Source: a virus
Length of the DNA: 64,000 nt
Strand: one strand, 5' to 3'
IMG/VR virus record: IMGVR_UViG_3300046318_000188
Location: 57,873 to 121,872 of that record
The notes under the pieces are model-generated. The model did no database searches. It had not been told where the DNA came from and saw only the letters and a program-made list of their open reading frames with translations. This document shows positions 20,723-30,895 of this stretch, piece by piece (within the stretch, counting starts at the first letter, position 1; each line of letters begins with the position of its first letter). A program made the translations under genes and the position numbers.

Positions 20723-22191
20723 AAAAATTAAAAGCCGTTGTTAAGCAAAATCCAGAACCTGCAAGAGGTAAAGTGGGTACAAGTCCTATGGATCCTTGGG
20801 AAGCCAAATCAGGTATTGCTGAAGCTTCCGAAGAACAATTGTTACGTCAATATTTAAAGTCCCGTGGTATTAATCCAGAATTTGTTCCGGTAGACACCAA
20901 AATTTCACATTCAAAATCTGGCGAATATCTAAAATGGCGTAGAGACCATCAATTCCGTGAATCATTAACTACTCAGCATACTCCATTTGAAAAAAGACAA
21001 CACCTTCTCAAAAAAGCAGTACATATGAATAAGGTTGCGAGCTCTGATGTTTCTTCTGGTGGTTTACATAAAGAAGAAATTGAAATCTTGGAAGCCGTTG
21101 ATAAAGAAGATACTTTAACATTTGATATTCCTTTAATGATCCGTATGCTAGAATTGGCAAGAGAAGATGTCAAAGATGATATGGAATTACACCGTATTAC
21201 TGAAAGATTAATTTCTATTCGTAATAAAGGTATTTTGACAATGGATGATTATGAGTTCATTGCTGGTATCAAAAAACTCAAAGAAGAAATTGAAGAACTC
21301 ACTGAGAAAAAAGACCCATGTTGGAAGGGTTATCAGATGGTTGGTATGAAAGACAAAGGCGGTAAGAAAGTTCCTAATTGTGTACCAGAAGAAAAAGAAT
21401 TGGAAGAAGGCCGCATGAAAGATATTGCGACTAATGCTGATGAAACTAAACGTCTTAACAAGATGACAACACTTCAGAAATTCCGTACTGATGCTGCTGC
21501 TCGTGAAAAGAAACACGCCGATATTGCTAAAAATTCTGATGGTATGACTTCTGCTATTGACCGCTTAGAGAAGCATATGAACAAAGAAGAAGTTGAACAG
21601 ATTGATGAAATCTCAAATACAACACTATCTTCTTACAAAGATAAAGCAAGAACAAGTCTTAAAACTGCACAAACAAATCGTGATGCCGCTGAATCAGGTA
21701 AAGATATGTCAAAAGGTTTTGCAGACCTACACACAAAATCGAATGCCATTGCAAAAAAACGTGTTAAGGGACTAATGGGTTATATGCAACGCAAACAAGG
21801 CATGAAACCTACCAGTGAAAACTCTTTGGATCCACAAGCATCAACACAAGCAGCTACAGGTCCAGGTGAATGTGATGATTCAACAGAAATGCAAAAACAA
21901 AGATCCAAGTCTGCTCGTATGATTAAGAGCCTCTACAAAAGTAAGAATATGAAAGAGGAAACTTACGATTGGGAAAAAGACGATAAAGCACAGTTGTATG
22001 GTAAGAAACCAAAGATTAAAGAACCAGGTGATGCGTCCAATATGGACCAACAGAAACCCGATGCCCGTATCGTGATGTCTGGCGGTACAACATTAACTGG
22101 TGAAAAAAGAGATGAAGTCATGGTTGATCCATTGATGAAGAATGCCAAACCCGGAAGTCAGACGGTATTCGATAAGCCAAGTAAAAAATAA
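20716..22191 (+). CDS. Putative head-internal polyprotein
   Basis: K/E-rich modules, EEVEQIDEIS-type cleavage-like sites, and a PCWKGY...GKKVPNCV module. Confidence 0.55.
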   Translation: MLKKLKAVVKQNPEPARGKVGTSPMDPWEAKSGIAEASEEQLLRQYLKSRGINPEFVPVDTKISHSKSGEYLKWRRDHQFRESLTTQHTPFEKRQHLLKKAVHMNKVASSDVSSGGLHKEEIEILEAVDKEDTLTFDIPLMIRMLELAREDVKDDMELHRITERLISIRNKGILTMDDYEFIAGIKKLKEEIEELTEKKDPCWKGYQMVGMKDKGGKKVPNCVPEEKELEEGRMKDIATNADETKRLNKMTTLQKFRTDAAAREKKHADIAKNSDGMTSAIDRLEKHMNKEEVEQIDEISNTTLSSYKDKARTSLKTAQTNRDAAESGKDMSKGFADLHTKSNAIAKKRVKGLMGYMQRKQGMKPTSENSLDPQASTQAATGPGECDDSTEMQKQRSKSARMIKSLYKSKNMKEETYDWEKDDKAQLYGKKPKIKEPGDASNMDQQKPDARIVMSGGTTLTGEKRDEVMVDPLMKNAKPGSQTVFDKPSKK

Positions 22192-22199
22192 GATAAATA
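22192..22199 (+). promoter_or_regulatory. Late promoter variant GATAAATA
   Basis: Intergenic, upstream of the structural gene at 22233. Confidence 0.65.
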
Positions 22200-22232
22200 A
22201 GTAACATAACCCGAGGTTAAAAGGAGAAAAAG

Positions 22233-22904
22233 ATGCCATCATGGGGAAATAAAGACGCAGCCGCAAATGCACCATATTGGGCTGTTAATTCAACAATCGT
22301 TAATGCAACGAATGTAAAAGCTAACTATGCCGGACCAACTGCAGCTAACGTAGCACGTTTGTATGCAAATACTACTGCTGATGTTTATACTGTTGGTGAA
22401 ACAATCGGTTTGTTTGCCGTTGATACACAAGAAGCCTCAGTAAGAGGAACAACTGGTTCTGGTTGGGTTTTAAAGACTACTGGTTCGGGTGGTCGTGCTG
22501 GCCGTGTTCAAGAAGAACTATTAGTTGCAATTTCTTCTTTCGTTAACGGTGACGGTGATGCACAAACTTATGCTAACGTTGCTATCACATTGGATGCATT
22601 AGGTTCTAAGTCTGTTGTTGCTGGTGGTGGAAACACTGCAATCTTCACAGAAACAGTAACCTTAACTGGTAATACATCTGCTGCCTTGGCTTACCAATGG
22701 CAAGTTAATAACGCTGGTACATGGGGTAACGTTGCTAATGGCACACCTGCCAATACAACATATGCTGGTGCAACAACATCTGCATTGACAATTACACCAA
22801 CTTATACAGATGCTAATGGATACAAGTATCGTGTAATCGTAACTGCTGCTGACCAAGGCGTAACTGCAACATCAGCTAACGGTACATTGACTGTTACAAT
22901 TTAA
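22233..22904 (+). CDS. Virion surface protein with a C-terminal Ig-like domain
   Basis: A/T/G/N-rich; LAYQWQ...GATTSALTI...YRVIVTA...SANGTLTV Ig-like pattern; RBS AAGGAG. Confidence 0.75.
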   Translation: MPSWGNKDAAANAPYWAVNSTIVNATNVKANYAGPTAANVARLYANTTADVYTVGETIGLFAVDTQEASVRGTTGSGWVLKTTGSGGRAGRVQEELLVAISSFVNGDGDAQTYANVAITLDALGSKSVVAGGGNTAIFTETVTLTGNTSAALAYQWQVNNAGTWGNVANGTPANTTYAGATTSALTITPTYTDANGYKYRVIVTAADQGVTATSANGTLTVTI

Positions 22905-22907
22905 TAG

Positions 22908-23267
22908 ATGTTAAGTTTTAAGCAATTTTTCTCTGAGGAAAACGGGGGTTTAGATATCCCCGTTGTTTCTTTGGAAGAAAATGTCAAAGACAAAATTGAC
23001 CTAATTAATGACCAGTTAGACCAAAGATTGAATGAATGTGTAGTAAACCCATATATTGGATGGGTTAATGCTTCAAAGACACTATCAGAACATGGTATCA
23101 CTTTACCAAAAGTAATGATGAAAGATGTAATGGAAGGTGTTGAAGTTGTAGCTTTAAATGAAGATTATTATTTTTATTATGAATATGGTTTTGTAAATGA
23201 AGGTTATCAAACATTTGCATCGATTGTTAACGAAACTGATTTAGAGAAGCTACTAGAAGAAGAATAA
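22908..23267 (+). CDS. Acidic hypothetical protein with a capsid-targeting-like N-terminus
   Basis: Starts MLSFKQFFSEE. Confidence 0.6.
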   Translation: MLSFKQFFSEENGGLDIPVVSLEENVKDKIDLINDQLDQRLNECVVNPYIGWVNASKTLSEHGITLPKVMMKDVMEGVEVVALNEDYYFYYEYGFVNEGYQTFASIVNETDLEKLLEEE

Positions 23268-23274
23268 TATTATA

Positions 23275-23661
23275 ATGTTTGATGATTTAAATGATGAAAA
23301 TTTTATGATGTATGCAATGAAGTGCTATAATTCACCAAATTGTATTATGTCTGAGTTTGAAGGAGATATTAAGAGAACCAAATACCTAAAACGATTATTT
23401 CGTAGATACAAGGTTTCCAAATCTCTTAAAGAAAGATTGATATTAAATCATATCATTCTATTGAATAATGTTTTTGGGCCAGAAGTAACATCAAGAATAT
23501 TATTTTATAGAATTGATGAACGAGATTATGATATATTAAAAACATTTTTATTATATTTAAATTTGATGCCAGATATGGTTTATGGTATCAACGGTAATAA
23601 TATAAGAACCTCGGAGATTCCGGTGGATATGAATATAGCAGAGATATTAAGGAAAATATAA
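23275..23661 (+). CDS. Conserved T4-like phage protein
   Basis: YAMKCYNSP.C...KYLKRLF...ERLILNHII.L.NVFG pattern typical of T4-like myophages. Confidence 0.7.
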   Translation: MFDDLNDENFMMYAMKCYNSPNCIMSEFEGDIKRTKYLKRLFRRYKVSKSLKERLILNHIILLNNVFGPEVTSRILFYRIDERDYDILKTFLLYLNLMPDMVYGINGNNIRTSEIPVDMNIAEILRKI

Positions 23662-24206
23662 TGAGTTATTTAGATACAGCTGGTTGCCATAGAGCATTTG
23701 AACACGGTTTAGATAAGATTGCAGAAACCGCTCCAACAGAAGGTTGTTTTGTTGAAGTTGGAATTTATACAGGTGGCAGCGCATCACATTTAACAAAAAT
23801 AGCTGAGAGTAGAAACCAAAAGATTTTTTTATATGATACATTTAGTGGTTTGCCATACAAAGATGCATCTGATAGACATCACGTTGGCGAATTTAATTAT
23901 TCCGATTATGATTTTATAAAAAATGCTTTACCTTATGCTGAAGTTATTAAAGGAATATTTCCTGAGAGTGCTGTTGAAATGCCTTCAGTAGCATTTGCTC
24001 ACTTGGATGTGGATCAATACAAATCATATTATGATTGCATTACATATTTAAGACCAAAAATGGTACCTGGTGGAATTATGTTTTTTGATGATTATGAATT
24101 AGCTGGTGCCAAAAAGGCAATAGATGAATTAATCGGCGAAGAAAATTTAAAGTTTGTTACCTTTGATTGGGCACCAGACGTAAGAAAAGTTTACACGATA
24201 TTTTAA
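23661..24206 (+). CDS. TylF/MycF-family O-methyltransferase
   Basis: FVEVGIYTG, YDTFSGLP, AHLDVDQY, GGIMFFDDY. Confidence 0.85.
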   Translation: MSYLDTAGCHRAFEHGLDKIAETAPTEGCFVEVGIYTGGSASHLTKIAESRNQKIFLYDTFSGLPYKDASDRHHVGEFNYSDYDFIKNALPYAEVIKGIFPESAVEMPSVAFAHLDVDQYKSYYDCITYLRPKMVPGGIMFFDDYELAGAKKAIDELIGEENLKFVTFDWAPDVRKVYTIF

Positions 24207-24208
24207 AA

Positions 24209-24691
24209 ATGTTATCATTTAAACAATACCTAGAAGAAAATTGCTGTTGTGTTACGGCTCTAGAAAAGGGCTTAAAGCAATTGGATAATCACAATTACGA
24301 ATCAATTAATAAATTGATGATGAATATATCCAAAAAAGGTAATACTACTGGTAAAGATTTACATGATGATTTCGTATCTAAACACGGTAAAACTCCTGAT
24401 GAGTGGATTAAAGAACAGATAGAAGAATCAGCTGCTTGGCAAAGAAAAGCAGGTAAAGATCCTAAAGGTGGATTAAACCGTAAAGGTATTGCTTCATATC
24501 GCAGAGAAAATCCAGGTTCTAAATTATCAATGGCGGTCACAACACCACCATCTAAATTGGATCCAGACAGTAAAGCAGCAAAACGCAGAAAATCATTTTG
24601 TGCTCGCATGGGTGGTATGGAAGGCCCAATGAAGAAGCCAAATGGTGAACCAACTCGTAAAGCACTAGCACTAAGAAAGTGGAACTGTTAA
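24209..24691 (+). CDS. Basic conserved phage protein with a capsid-targeting-like N-terminus
   Basis: Starts MLSFKQYLEE; AWQRKAGKDPKGGLN...RRKSFCARM...ALRKWNC module. Confidence 0.65.
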   Translation: MLSFKQYLEENCCCVTALEKGLKQLDNHNYESINKLMMNISKKGNTTGKDLHDDFVSKHGKTPDEWIKEQIEESAAWQRKAGKDPKGGLNRKGIASYRRENPGSKLSMAVTTPPSKLDPDSKAAKRRKSFCARMGGMEGPMKKPNGEPTRKALALRKWNC

Positions 24692-24879
24692 TGAAAACCT
24701 TTAAAGAATACATCAATGAAGATGGTGAAGGTGGTGCTGTTGCTGCACCAACCAATGTTGTCGGTTCTGGAGCAATTGCTGGAACGGGTGGCAAAGGCGG
24801 CGAACCTGGTGTCAACTTGAAAAAGAAAAAGAATCCTGTTATTATTTCAATGACAAGAAGAAGTAGTCCTAAGTTTTAA
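24691..24879 (+). CDS. Small Gly-rich/basic protein with a capsid-targeting-like N-terminus
   Basis: MKTFKEYINED...PTNVVGSGAIAG...EPGV. Confidence 0.6.
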   Translation: MKTFKEYINEDGEGGAVAAPTNVVGSGAIAGTGGKGGEPGVNLKKKKNPVIISMTRRSSPKF

Positions 24880-24891
24880 TAGGATAAAATT

Positions 24892-25332
24892 ATGTGGATG
24901 CTAAATTTTCTACCTGATGCGTTCTTTCATATACTTCTTGGTGTAAGTATAATAACATTTCTCGTCAGTACACTTTTTAGTAATATTCCTTTCCTTGGTG
25001 GTTATACAAAGTTAGTACAGATTATATCAATAGTTATTCTTGTATTCTCTGTGTGGATGGAAGGTGGCATTGCTAAAGATAATGAATACAAAGAAAAGAT
25101 TAAAGCATTACAACAACAGATTGATAAAGCTAAAGTTGAATCTGATTCCTTGAATAATAAACTTTTCGAAGAAATGTTAAAACATCAAGAAGAAATTAAA
25201 TCAATTAAAGATATCAATAAACTTAAATTAAAAGACCAAGCAAGTTTATTGGATTCACAATGTAAAGTGAATCAAGATGTTATTAATATTTTAAATGATT
25301 CAGCACGCAACCGTAACGGAAGCAAAAAATGA
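24892..25332 (+). CDS. Inner-membrane spanin (Rz-like)
   Basis: N-terminal TM segments followed by a coiled coil; adjacent to a lipoprotein and an endolysin. Confidence 0.7.
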   Translation: MWMLNFLPDAFFHILLGVSIITFLVSTLFSNIPFLGGYTKLVQIISIVILVFSVWMEGGIAKDNEYKEKIKALQQQIDKAKVESDSLNNKLFEEMLKHQEEIKSIKDINKLKLKDQASLLDSQCKVNQDVINILNDSARNRNGSKK

Positions 25333-25592
25333 AAAAAATATTAATCTTAATTTGTACAGTTGGTTTATTTGGATGTTCAGTTGTTCCTGTGGTACAAACT
25401 TTTCCTAAAGCAAATGATGCTTTAATGAAACCAGTACCAGAACTAAAAGAGATTCCTGATAATTCTTCAGCAAGCGAAGTGTTCGGCGTAGTAATTGAGA
25501 ACTATGCAACATACAATCAAATTGCTGACCAATTAAAGTCTTGGCAAAAGTGGTATACTGAACAAAAAAAGTTATTTGAGTCTGTAAAGTAA
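25329..25592 (+). CDS. Outer-membrane spanin lipoprotein (Rz1-like)
   Basis: Lipobox LFGC after MKK-hydrophobic signal; Pro-rich segment then helix. Confidence 0.75.
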   Translation: MKKILILICTVGLFGCSVVPVVQTFPKANDALMKPVPELKEIPDNSSASEVFGVVIENYATYNQIADQLKSWQKWYTEQKKLFESVK

Positions 25593-25593
25593 T

Positions 25594-26208
25594 ATGAGTT
25601 TTACTATTCAGCAATTCGTTAAGATGTTGCCGGGTAATACCAATGTAAAAAGTTGGTTTAACTCTTTTGCGCTATTTTTTCCCGATGCTGAATTAGATAC
25701 GATTGAACGAATTGCTGCTTTTATTGCTGAATGTTCAGTTGAATCAGCAAACTTTACAAGATTGAGGGAAAATTTAAATTATAGTGCTGAAGGATTAGTG
25801 AGAACTTGGCCAAAAAGATTTCCTAATATAGAGTTTGCTAATCTATATGCAAGGCAACCTGAAAAGATTGCTAATTATGTTTATGCCTATCGTATGGGCA
25901 ATGGTGATGAAGAAAGTGGTGACGGATGGAAGTACATCGGTAGAGGAATTATACAATTAACCGGTAAAAATAATTATCAGTTGTTTGCCGACTACATTAA
26001 TAAACCTATTGAAGAAGTTTGTGATTATTTGTTAACAACCGATGGAGCTACACAATCAGCTTGTTGGTTTTGGAAAACAAATAATTTAAATCATTACCTT
26101 GAAACGGAAGGTATTGATAAAGTTAGTAGAGTTATTAATGGTGGTGACCACGCTTTAATGGAAAGAAGAGCAGCTTATAATCAAGCACTTTACATTTTAC
26201 AAAATTAA
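25594..26208 (+). CDS. GH19 chitinase-like endolysin
   Basis: AAFIAECSVES, ENLNYSA, GDGWKYIGRGIIQLTGKNNY, SACWFW, INGG. Confidence 0.92.
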   Translation: MSFTIQQFVKMLPGNTNVKSWFNSFALFFPDAELDTIERIAAFIAECSVESANFTRLRENLNYSAEGLVRTWPKRFPNIEFANLYARQPEKIANYVYAYRMGNGDEESGDGWKYIGRGIIQLTGKNNYQLFADYINKPIEEVCDYLLTTDGATQSACWFWKTNNLNHYLETEGIDKVSRVINGGDHALMERRAAYNQALYILQN

Positions 26209-26577
26209 ATGACTAAACATAAAACTGAATCTTTATATTCAAATGATTGGGTTTCAAGAAATTGGCGTCCATATATGGCTTGGGCTTTCTTGGCCATATG
26301 TCTATTTGATTTTATAATTGCACCAGTTGGTTGGACAATATTACAAGGTGAATATTCTGGCCATGTGTATACACAATGGGAACCAATGACACTTAGGGGT
26401 GGTGGATTATTTTATTTGGCTATGGGTGCAATACTAGGAATCTCATCTTATGGTAGAACAAAAGAAAAGATTGCTACTTTGGGATTTGGTGTTGGGATGG
26501 AAGGTGGATTTTCAGGCGGTAGTAGATTAGAAGAAAATACTACTGAAATACAAACAATACCAACGAGAAATCGTTAA
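26209..26577 (+). CDS. Putative holin
   Basis: WRP...FDFIIAP...GAILGISSYGRTKEK; two TM segments, directly after the endolysin. Confidence 0.7.
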   Translation: MTKHKTESLYSNDWVSRNWRPYMAWAFLAICLFDFIIAPVGWTILQGEYSGHVYTQWEPMTLRGGGLFYLAMGAILGISSYGRTKEKIATLGFGVGMEGGFSGGSRLEENTTEIQTIPTRNR

Positions 26578-26583
26578 TAATTT

Positions 26584-26591
26584 CATAAATA
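26584..26591 (+). promoter_or_regulatory. Late promoter variant CATAAATA
   Basis: Intergenic, upstream of 26605. Confidence 0.5.
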
Positions 26592-26604
26592 AAAGAGAAT
26601 AGTA

Positions 26605-27027
26605 ATGACTGACGATGTTACAGAACTAAAAGTGGATGTTGGGGTTTTAAAGACACAAGTTGTTACTTTGACCTCTCTTTGCCAAAAAATGGATCAGGTG
26701 ATTGAAAAACTTGTTATGCAACAAGAACGATACGCCACACAAATCTACAAAGAGATAGAACAAAAAAGAATGGAAAAGAATGCCGAAATTAAAGACATTC
26801 ACGACCGCATCGATACTGTAATTGACAAAGTTCAAATTACCGAATTACGCATTATGGAAGAAATCAAAGAACTTAGAGCTGAGATTGCTGAAAATAACAA
26901 GTCTGAGAAGGATTCTCTAGATAAGATTAACCAATATAAGTGGATGCTTGCCGGTGGTATTATTGTACTTTCATGGTTGATTTCTCACGTCAATACTGAT
27001 ACAATAACCAAGTTACTGCATGGTTAA
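26605..27027 (+). CDS. Coiled-coil protein with a C-terminal membrane anchor
   Basis: Heptad-rich, ending KWMLAGGIIVLSWLI. Confidence 0.65.
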   Translation: MTDDVTELKVDVGVLKTQVVTLTSLCQKMDQVIEKLVMQQERYATQIYKEIEQKRMEKNAEIKDIHDRIDTVIDKVQITELRIMEEIKELRAEIAENNKSEKDSLDKINQYKWMLAGGIIVLSWLISHVNTDTITKLLHG

Positions 27028-27062
27028 TTAGTTTTTTAATTTTTGATTGGTATTATAATATT

Positions 27063-28076
27063 ATGAGTGTTTTTATTGACAGGTCTTTCCTGTTACAAGT
27101 TTCGCCTAAATTACAAAGGTTTGCTCGAAAGAAAGATGACCTTTATAATTTTCGGTGTCCGCTCTGTGGCGACTCACAGAAAAATAAAACGAAGTCCCGT
27201 GGTTATATCTTTCGCAAGAAGAATGACTACTTTTATATGTGCCATAACTGTGGCATATCCACAACTTTCTATAATTTCTTAAAACAAGTGGATCCAAACT
27301 TGTTAAAAGAGTATCAACTTGAAAGATATAAAAATGGTGAAACGGGGAATAACAATTATCCGAAGCCCGATTTTGAGGAATTCAAAACGGAGAAACCAAT
27401 CTTCAAAAAGTCATTGGACCTTCCATCAATCGACTCGTTACCAGAGGGGCATTTCGCTAAGAGCTATGTCGAACAGAGGAAGATTCCGGAGAACCTTTAT
27501 ACAGAACTATACTATGCGGAAGATTTCGCAGCGTTCATACAGAGATTGGGTATTGAAAAAGAAGGACTCCATAAGGATGATAAGAGGTTGGTTATACCGT
27601 TCTATGATGCAGAAAAGAATCTCATGGCTGTGCAAGGGCGCTCTTTGGGTGAATCGAAACTACGATATATCACATTAAAGTTACATGACGATAATAAAAA
27701 AGTTTATGGTCTTGACAGGATAGATACGGATAAGTTAGTATATGTTGTAGAAGGTCCTATTGATTCAATGTTTATTGATAATTGTGTGGCGACAGCAGAC
27801 AGTAACCTAGAATCAATTACCAACGTATTGGACAAGTCCAAGGTGGTTTTAATCTTTGACAACGAGCCTCGTAACAAAGAGATTTGTAACAAGTTGGAAC
27901 ACGCAATAGATAATCATTTTAATGTGGTTATTTGGCCTGAAATGGTGGATTCAAAAGACGTTAATGATATGATTCTTGATGGTTTTTCACCAGATGAAAT
28001 CCAAGAATTTATAGATAAAAATACCTTCTTGAATTTGAGAGCTAAAATGGAATTTGTGAATTGGAAAAAAATATAA
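27063..28076 (+). CDS. 61: DNA primase (gp61)
   Basis: Zinc ribbon CPLCGDS...CHNC; TOPRIM VVEGPIDSMF, FDNEPRN, KDVNDM. Confidence 0.96.
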   Translation: MSVFIDRSFLLQVSPKLQRFARKKDDLYNFRCPLCGDSQKNKTKSRGYIFRKKNDYFYMCHNCGISTTFYNFLKQVDPNLLKEYQLERYKNGETGNNNYPKPDFEEFKTEKPIFKKSLDLPSIDSLPEGHFAKSYVEQRKIPENLYTELYYAEDFAAFIQRLGIEKEGLHKDDKRLVIPFYDAEKNLMAVQGRSLGESKLRYITLKLHDDNKKVYGLDRIDTDKLVYVVEGPIDSMFIDNCVATADSNLESITNVLDKSKVVLIFDNEPRNKEICNKLEHAIDNHFNVVIWPEMVDSKDVNDMILDGFSPDEIQEFIDKNTFLNLRAKMEFVNWKKI

Positions 28077-28077
28077 T

Positions 28078-28728
28078 ATGAAGGTAGAATTAGTATCATA
28101 CAGTCAGTCGGAATCTTATTTCGCTGAGAACATGACAGAATTGATTGCGTTCTGTGCAAGAGTATCAAATCCAGGCAATCAGACGAACCACGAAACGAGC
28201 GAGAAGTTAATTCGTTACCTCATTAAGAACCAACATTGGTCACCACTTGAAATGGTGAGCATTTGTTTAGAAATCGAAACTACTAGAGATATTGCACGAC
28301 AAATATTAAGACATCGTTCCTTTTCATTCCAAGAATTCTCACAAAGATATGCGGTAGCAGATTTGGGTATCGAATTCAAAGAAGCAAGGTTACAAGATAC
28401 CAAAAATCGTCAGAACAGTATTGAAGTTGATGATATCAAGTTACAAACGAATTGGGAAACACAACAAGATTATGTAGCACATGCAGCACAAAAAGCATAT
28501 CGTTGGGCTATTGAAAACGGTATTGCAAAAGAACAAGCTAGAGCAGTATTGCCTGAAGGTATGACAGTATCAAAGATGTATATGAATGGAACTCTGCGGT
28601 CTTGGGTTCACTATATACAGCTCCGTAGTGAGAAAGGAACTCAAAAAGAACATCGAGAAATTGCTCTTGCCTGCGCTAAAGCGATTGAACCAATCTTCCC
28701 GATGATTACAGAATTTGTATCAAAATAA
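28078..28728 (+). CDS. thyX: Flavin-dependent thymidylate synthase
   Basis: HWSPLE, QILRHRSFSFQEFSQRY, ARAVLP. Confidence 0.96.
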   Translation: MKVELVSYSQSESYFAENMTELIAFCARVSNPGNQTNHETSEKLIRYLIKNQHWSPLEMVSICLEIETTRDIARQILRHRSFSFQEFSQRYAVADLGIEFKEARLQDTKNRQNSIEVDDIKLQTNWETQQDYVAHAAQKAYRWAIENGIAKEQARAVLPEGMTVSKMYMNGTLRSWVHYIQLRSEKGTQKEHREIALACAKAIEPIFPMITEFVSK

Positions 28729-28756
28729 TAATAACTATAACAACAAGGCATAATAT

Positions 28757-30559
28757 ATGGAATACCTCGGCATCAATATTGATTTGGAAAGAGATAAACT
28801 TTTTGATGAACTCGGCATTAAGCGATTACAAGAATCGTATATGAAAGAAGATGAAACATCCCCACAACACAGATTTGCATTTGTATCAAAATCATTCGGA
28901 ACTAATCAAGAACATGCACAAAGATTATATGAATACAGCAGTAAGCATTGGCTCTCTTATTCTACTCCCATTCTTTCTTTTGGTCGCTCTAAGCGTGGTA
29001 TGCCTATATCATGCTTCCTTAATTATATTGAAGATACTGCGGAAGGATTAGTTGATAATCTCTCAGAAACTAATTGGCTTTCTATGCTTGGGGGTGGTGT
29101 TGGTATTGGTTTTGGTATTCGTTCAGCAGATGATAAATCTACTGGTGTTATGCCTCACCTCAAAATCTATGATGCAAGTTCTTTGGCATATCGCCAAGGT
29201 CGTACTCGCAGGGGTAGTTATGCTGCTTATCTCGATATTTCTCATCCAGATATTATTGGTTTCTTAGAAATGCGTAAACCAACTGGTGATCCAAACCAGC
29301 GGTGTTTAAATCTTCATCATGGTATTAATATCACAGATGACTTCATGCACATCATTGAACAGTCAATGTTGAATCCTGATTTTGATGATTCTTGGAATCT
29401 AGTTGACCCAGCATCCAAAGAAATTCGTGAAACCGTATCTGCCAAAATGTTATGGCAGATGATTTTAGAATTGCGTATGCATACTGGTGAACCCTACATC
29501 CATTACATTGATACAAGTAATCGTGAACTACCATCTTTCTTAAAAGAAAAGGGATTAAAGGTTCACCAATCGAATCTTTGTTCTGAAATTATTTTGCCTA
29601 CAAATGAACAAAGAACAGCAGTATGTTGTTTGTCCAGTTTAAATTTGGAGACTTATGATGAGTGGAAGAATGAGCCATTATTTCTTAAAGACGTTGCCGA
29701 AATGCTTGATAATGTCCTCAATTATTTCATTGCTAATGCTCCTGATGCTATTGCTCGTGCAAAGTATAGTGCCGAAAGAGAACGTTCTATTGGTATCGGT
29801 GCTCTTGGGTTCCATGCTTATTTGCAACGCAACGGTATTGCTTGGGAAGGTGTTATGGCCAAAGTTGCCAATAACAGAATCTTTAAATCAATCAGGGAGG
29901 GCCTAGATGTTGCAAATATTCAATTGGGTACCGAAAGGGGTGAAGCGCCTGATGCGGCCGGTACTGGTCGTAGGTTTAGTCATCTTATGGCTATCGCTCC
30001 CAATGCTTCTTCTTCCATTATCATGGGGAATACTTCTCCTTCTGTTGAACCTTATCGTGCCAATGCTTATCGCCAGGATACTTTATCAGGCTCTTTCTTA
30101 AATAAGAACCGTTGGTTGGATGCCGTTATTCAAAATCATTTAACCAATGAATTGAATGAAATCAATTCTGATGAGTATAATGATATCTGGTCTTCCATTA
30201 TTGCTAATGATGGTTCATGCCAACATTTGGATATTCTTACTCAAGCAGAAAAAGATGTATTCAAAACATCTATGGAGATTGACCAACGTTGGGTAATTGA
30301 ATTGGCTTCAGATAGACAAGCGTATATCGACCAAGCACAATCACTCAATCTATTCTTTAGACCAGATGCACACATTAAGTATATTCACGCCATTCATTTT
30401 ATGGCATGGAAAAAAGGACTGAAAACACTTTACTATTGCCGTTCTGAAAAGATTGGTAAGGCAGATAAAGTATCTAAGAAGATTGAAAGAAATGTTATCA
30501 AAGAACTGGACATGACACAGATTGCTCAAGGTAACGATTGTATTGCTTGTGAAGGTTAA
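28757..30559 (+). CDS. nrdA: Class I ribonucleotide reductase, large subunit (no ATP cone)
   Basis: [27 protein letters not shown]-terminal CIACEG. Confidence 0.96.
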   Translation: MEYLGINIDLERDKLFDELGIKRLQESYMKEDETSPQHRFAFVSKSFGTNQEHAQRLYEYSSKHWLSYSTPILSFGRSKRGMPISCFLNYIEDTAEGLVDNLSETNWLSMLGGGVGIGFGIRSADDKSTGVMPHLKIYDASSLAYRQGRTRRGSYAAYLDISHPDIIGFLEMRKPTGDPNQRCLNLHHGINITDDFMHIIEQSMLNPDFDDSWNLVDPASKEIRETVSAKMLWQMILELRMHTGEPYIHYIDTSNRELPSFLKEKGLKVHQSNLCSEIILPTNEQRTAVCCLSSLNLETYDEWKNEPLFLKDVAEMLDNVLNYFIANAPDAIARAKYSAERERSIGIGALGFHAYLQRNGIAWEGVMAKVANNRIFKSIREGLDVANIQLGTERGEAPDAAGTGRRFSHLMAIAPNASSSIIMGNTSPSVEPYRANAYRQDTLSGSFLNKNRWLDAVIQNHLTNELNEINSDEYNDIWSSIIANDGSCQHLDILTQAEKDVFKTSMEIDQRWVIELASDRQAYIDQAQSLNLFFRPDAHIKYIHAIHFMAWKKGLKTLYYCRSEKIGKADKVSKKIERNVIKELDMTQIAQGNDCIACEG

Positions 30560-30560
30560 A

Positions 30561-30887
30561 ATGGTTAAAGTAACCGACAATGCCTTCAGTAAAATTAGAG
30601 ATTTAATTGTTGAAGAACCAAATAATCATAATTTAGCATTAAGAATGTCAGTAAAAGGTGGAGGGTGCTCAGGTTTTCAATATGAATTCACCTTTGATGA
30701 CAAACAAGAAGAAGATGATTTTGTGATTGAAAAGGATTCCATTAAAGTGTTTGTTGATTCAATGTCAGCTCAATATTTAATGGAGGCCACTTTGGACTAT
30801 AAAGAAGAAAAATTCAATTCACAATTCGTTATAACAAATCCAGAAGTTAAAGGTACCTGCGGATGCGGTTCCTCATTTAGTGTATAG
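30561..30887 (+). CDS. A-type Fe-S carrier protein (IscA/ErpA, HesB family)
   Basis: GGGCSGFQY and CGCGSSF motifs. Confidence 0.93.
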   Translation: MVKVTDNAFSKIRDLIVEEPNNHNLALRMSVKGGGCSGFQYEFTFDDKQEEDDFVIEKDSIKVFVDSMSAQYLMEATLDYKEEKFNSQFVITNPEVKGTCGCGSSFSV

Positions 30888-30895
30888 AGAGAAGA

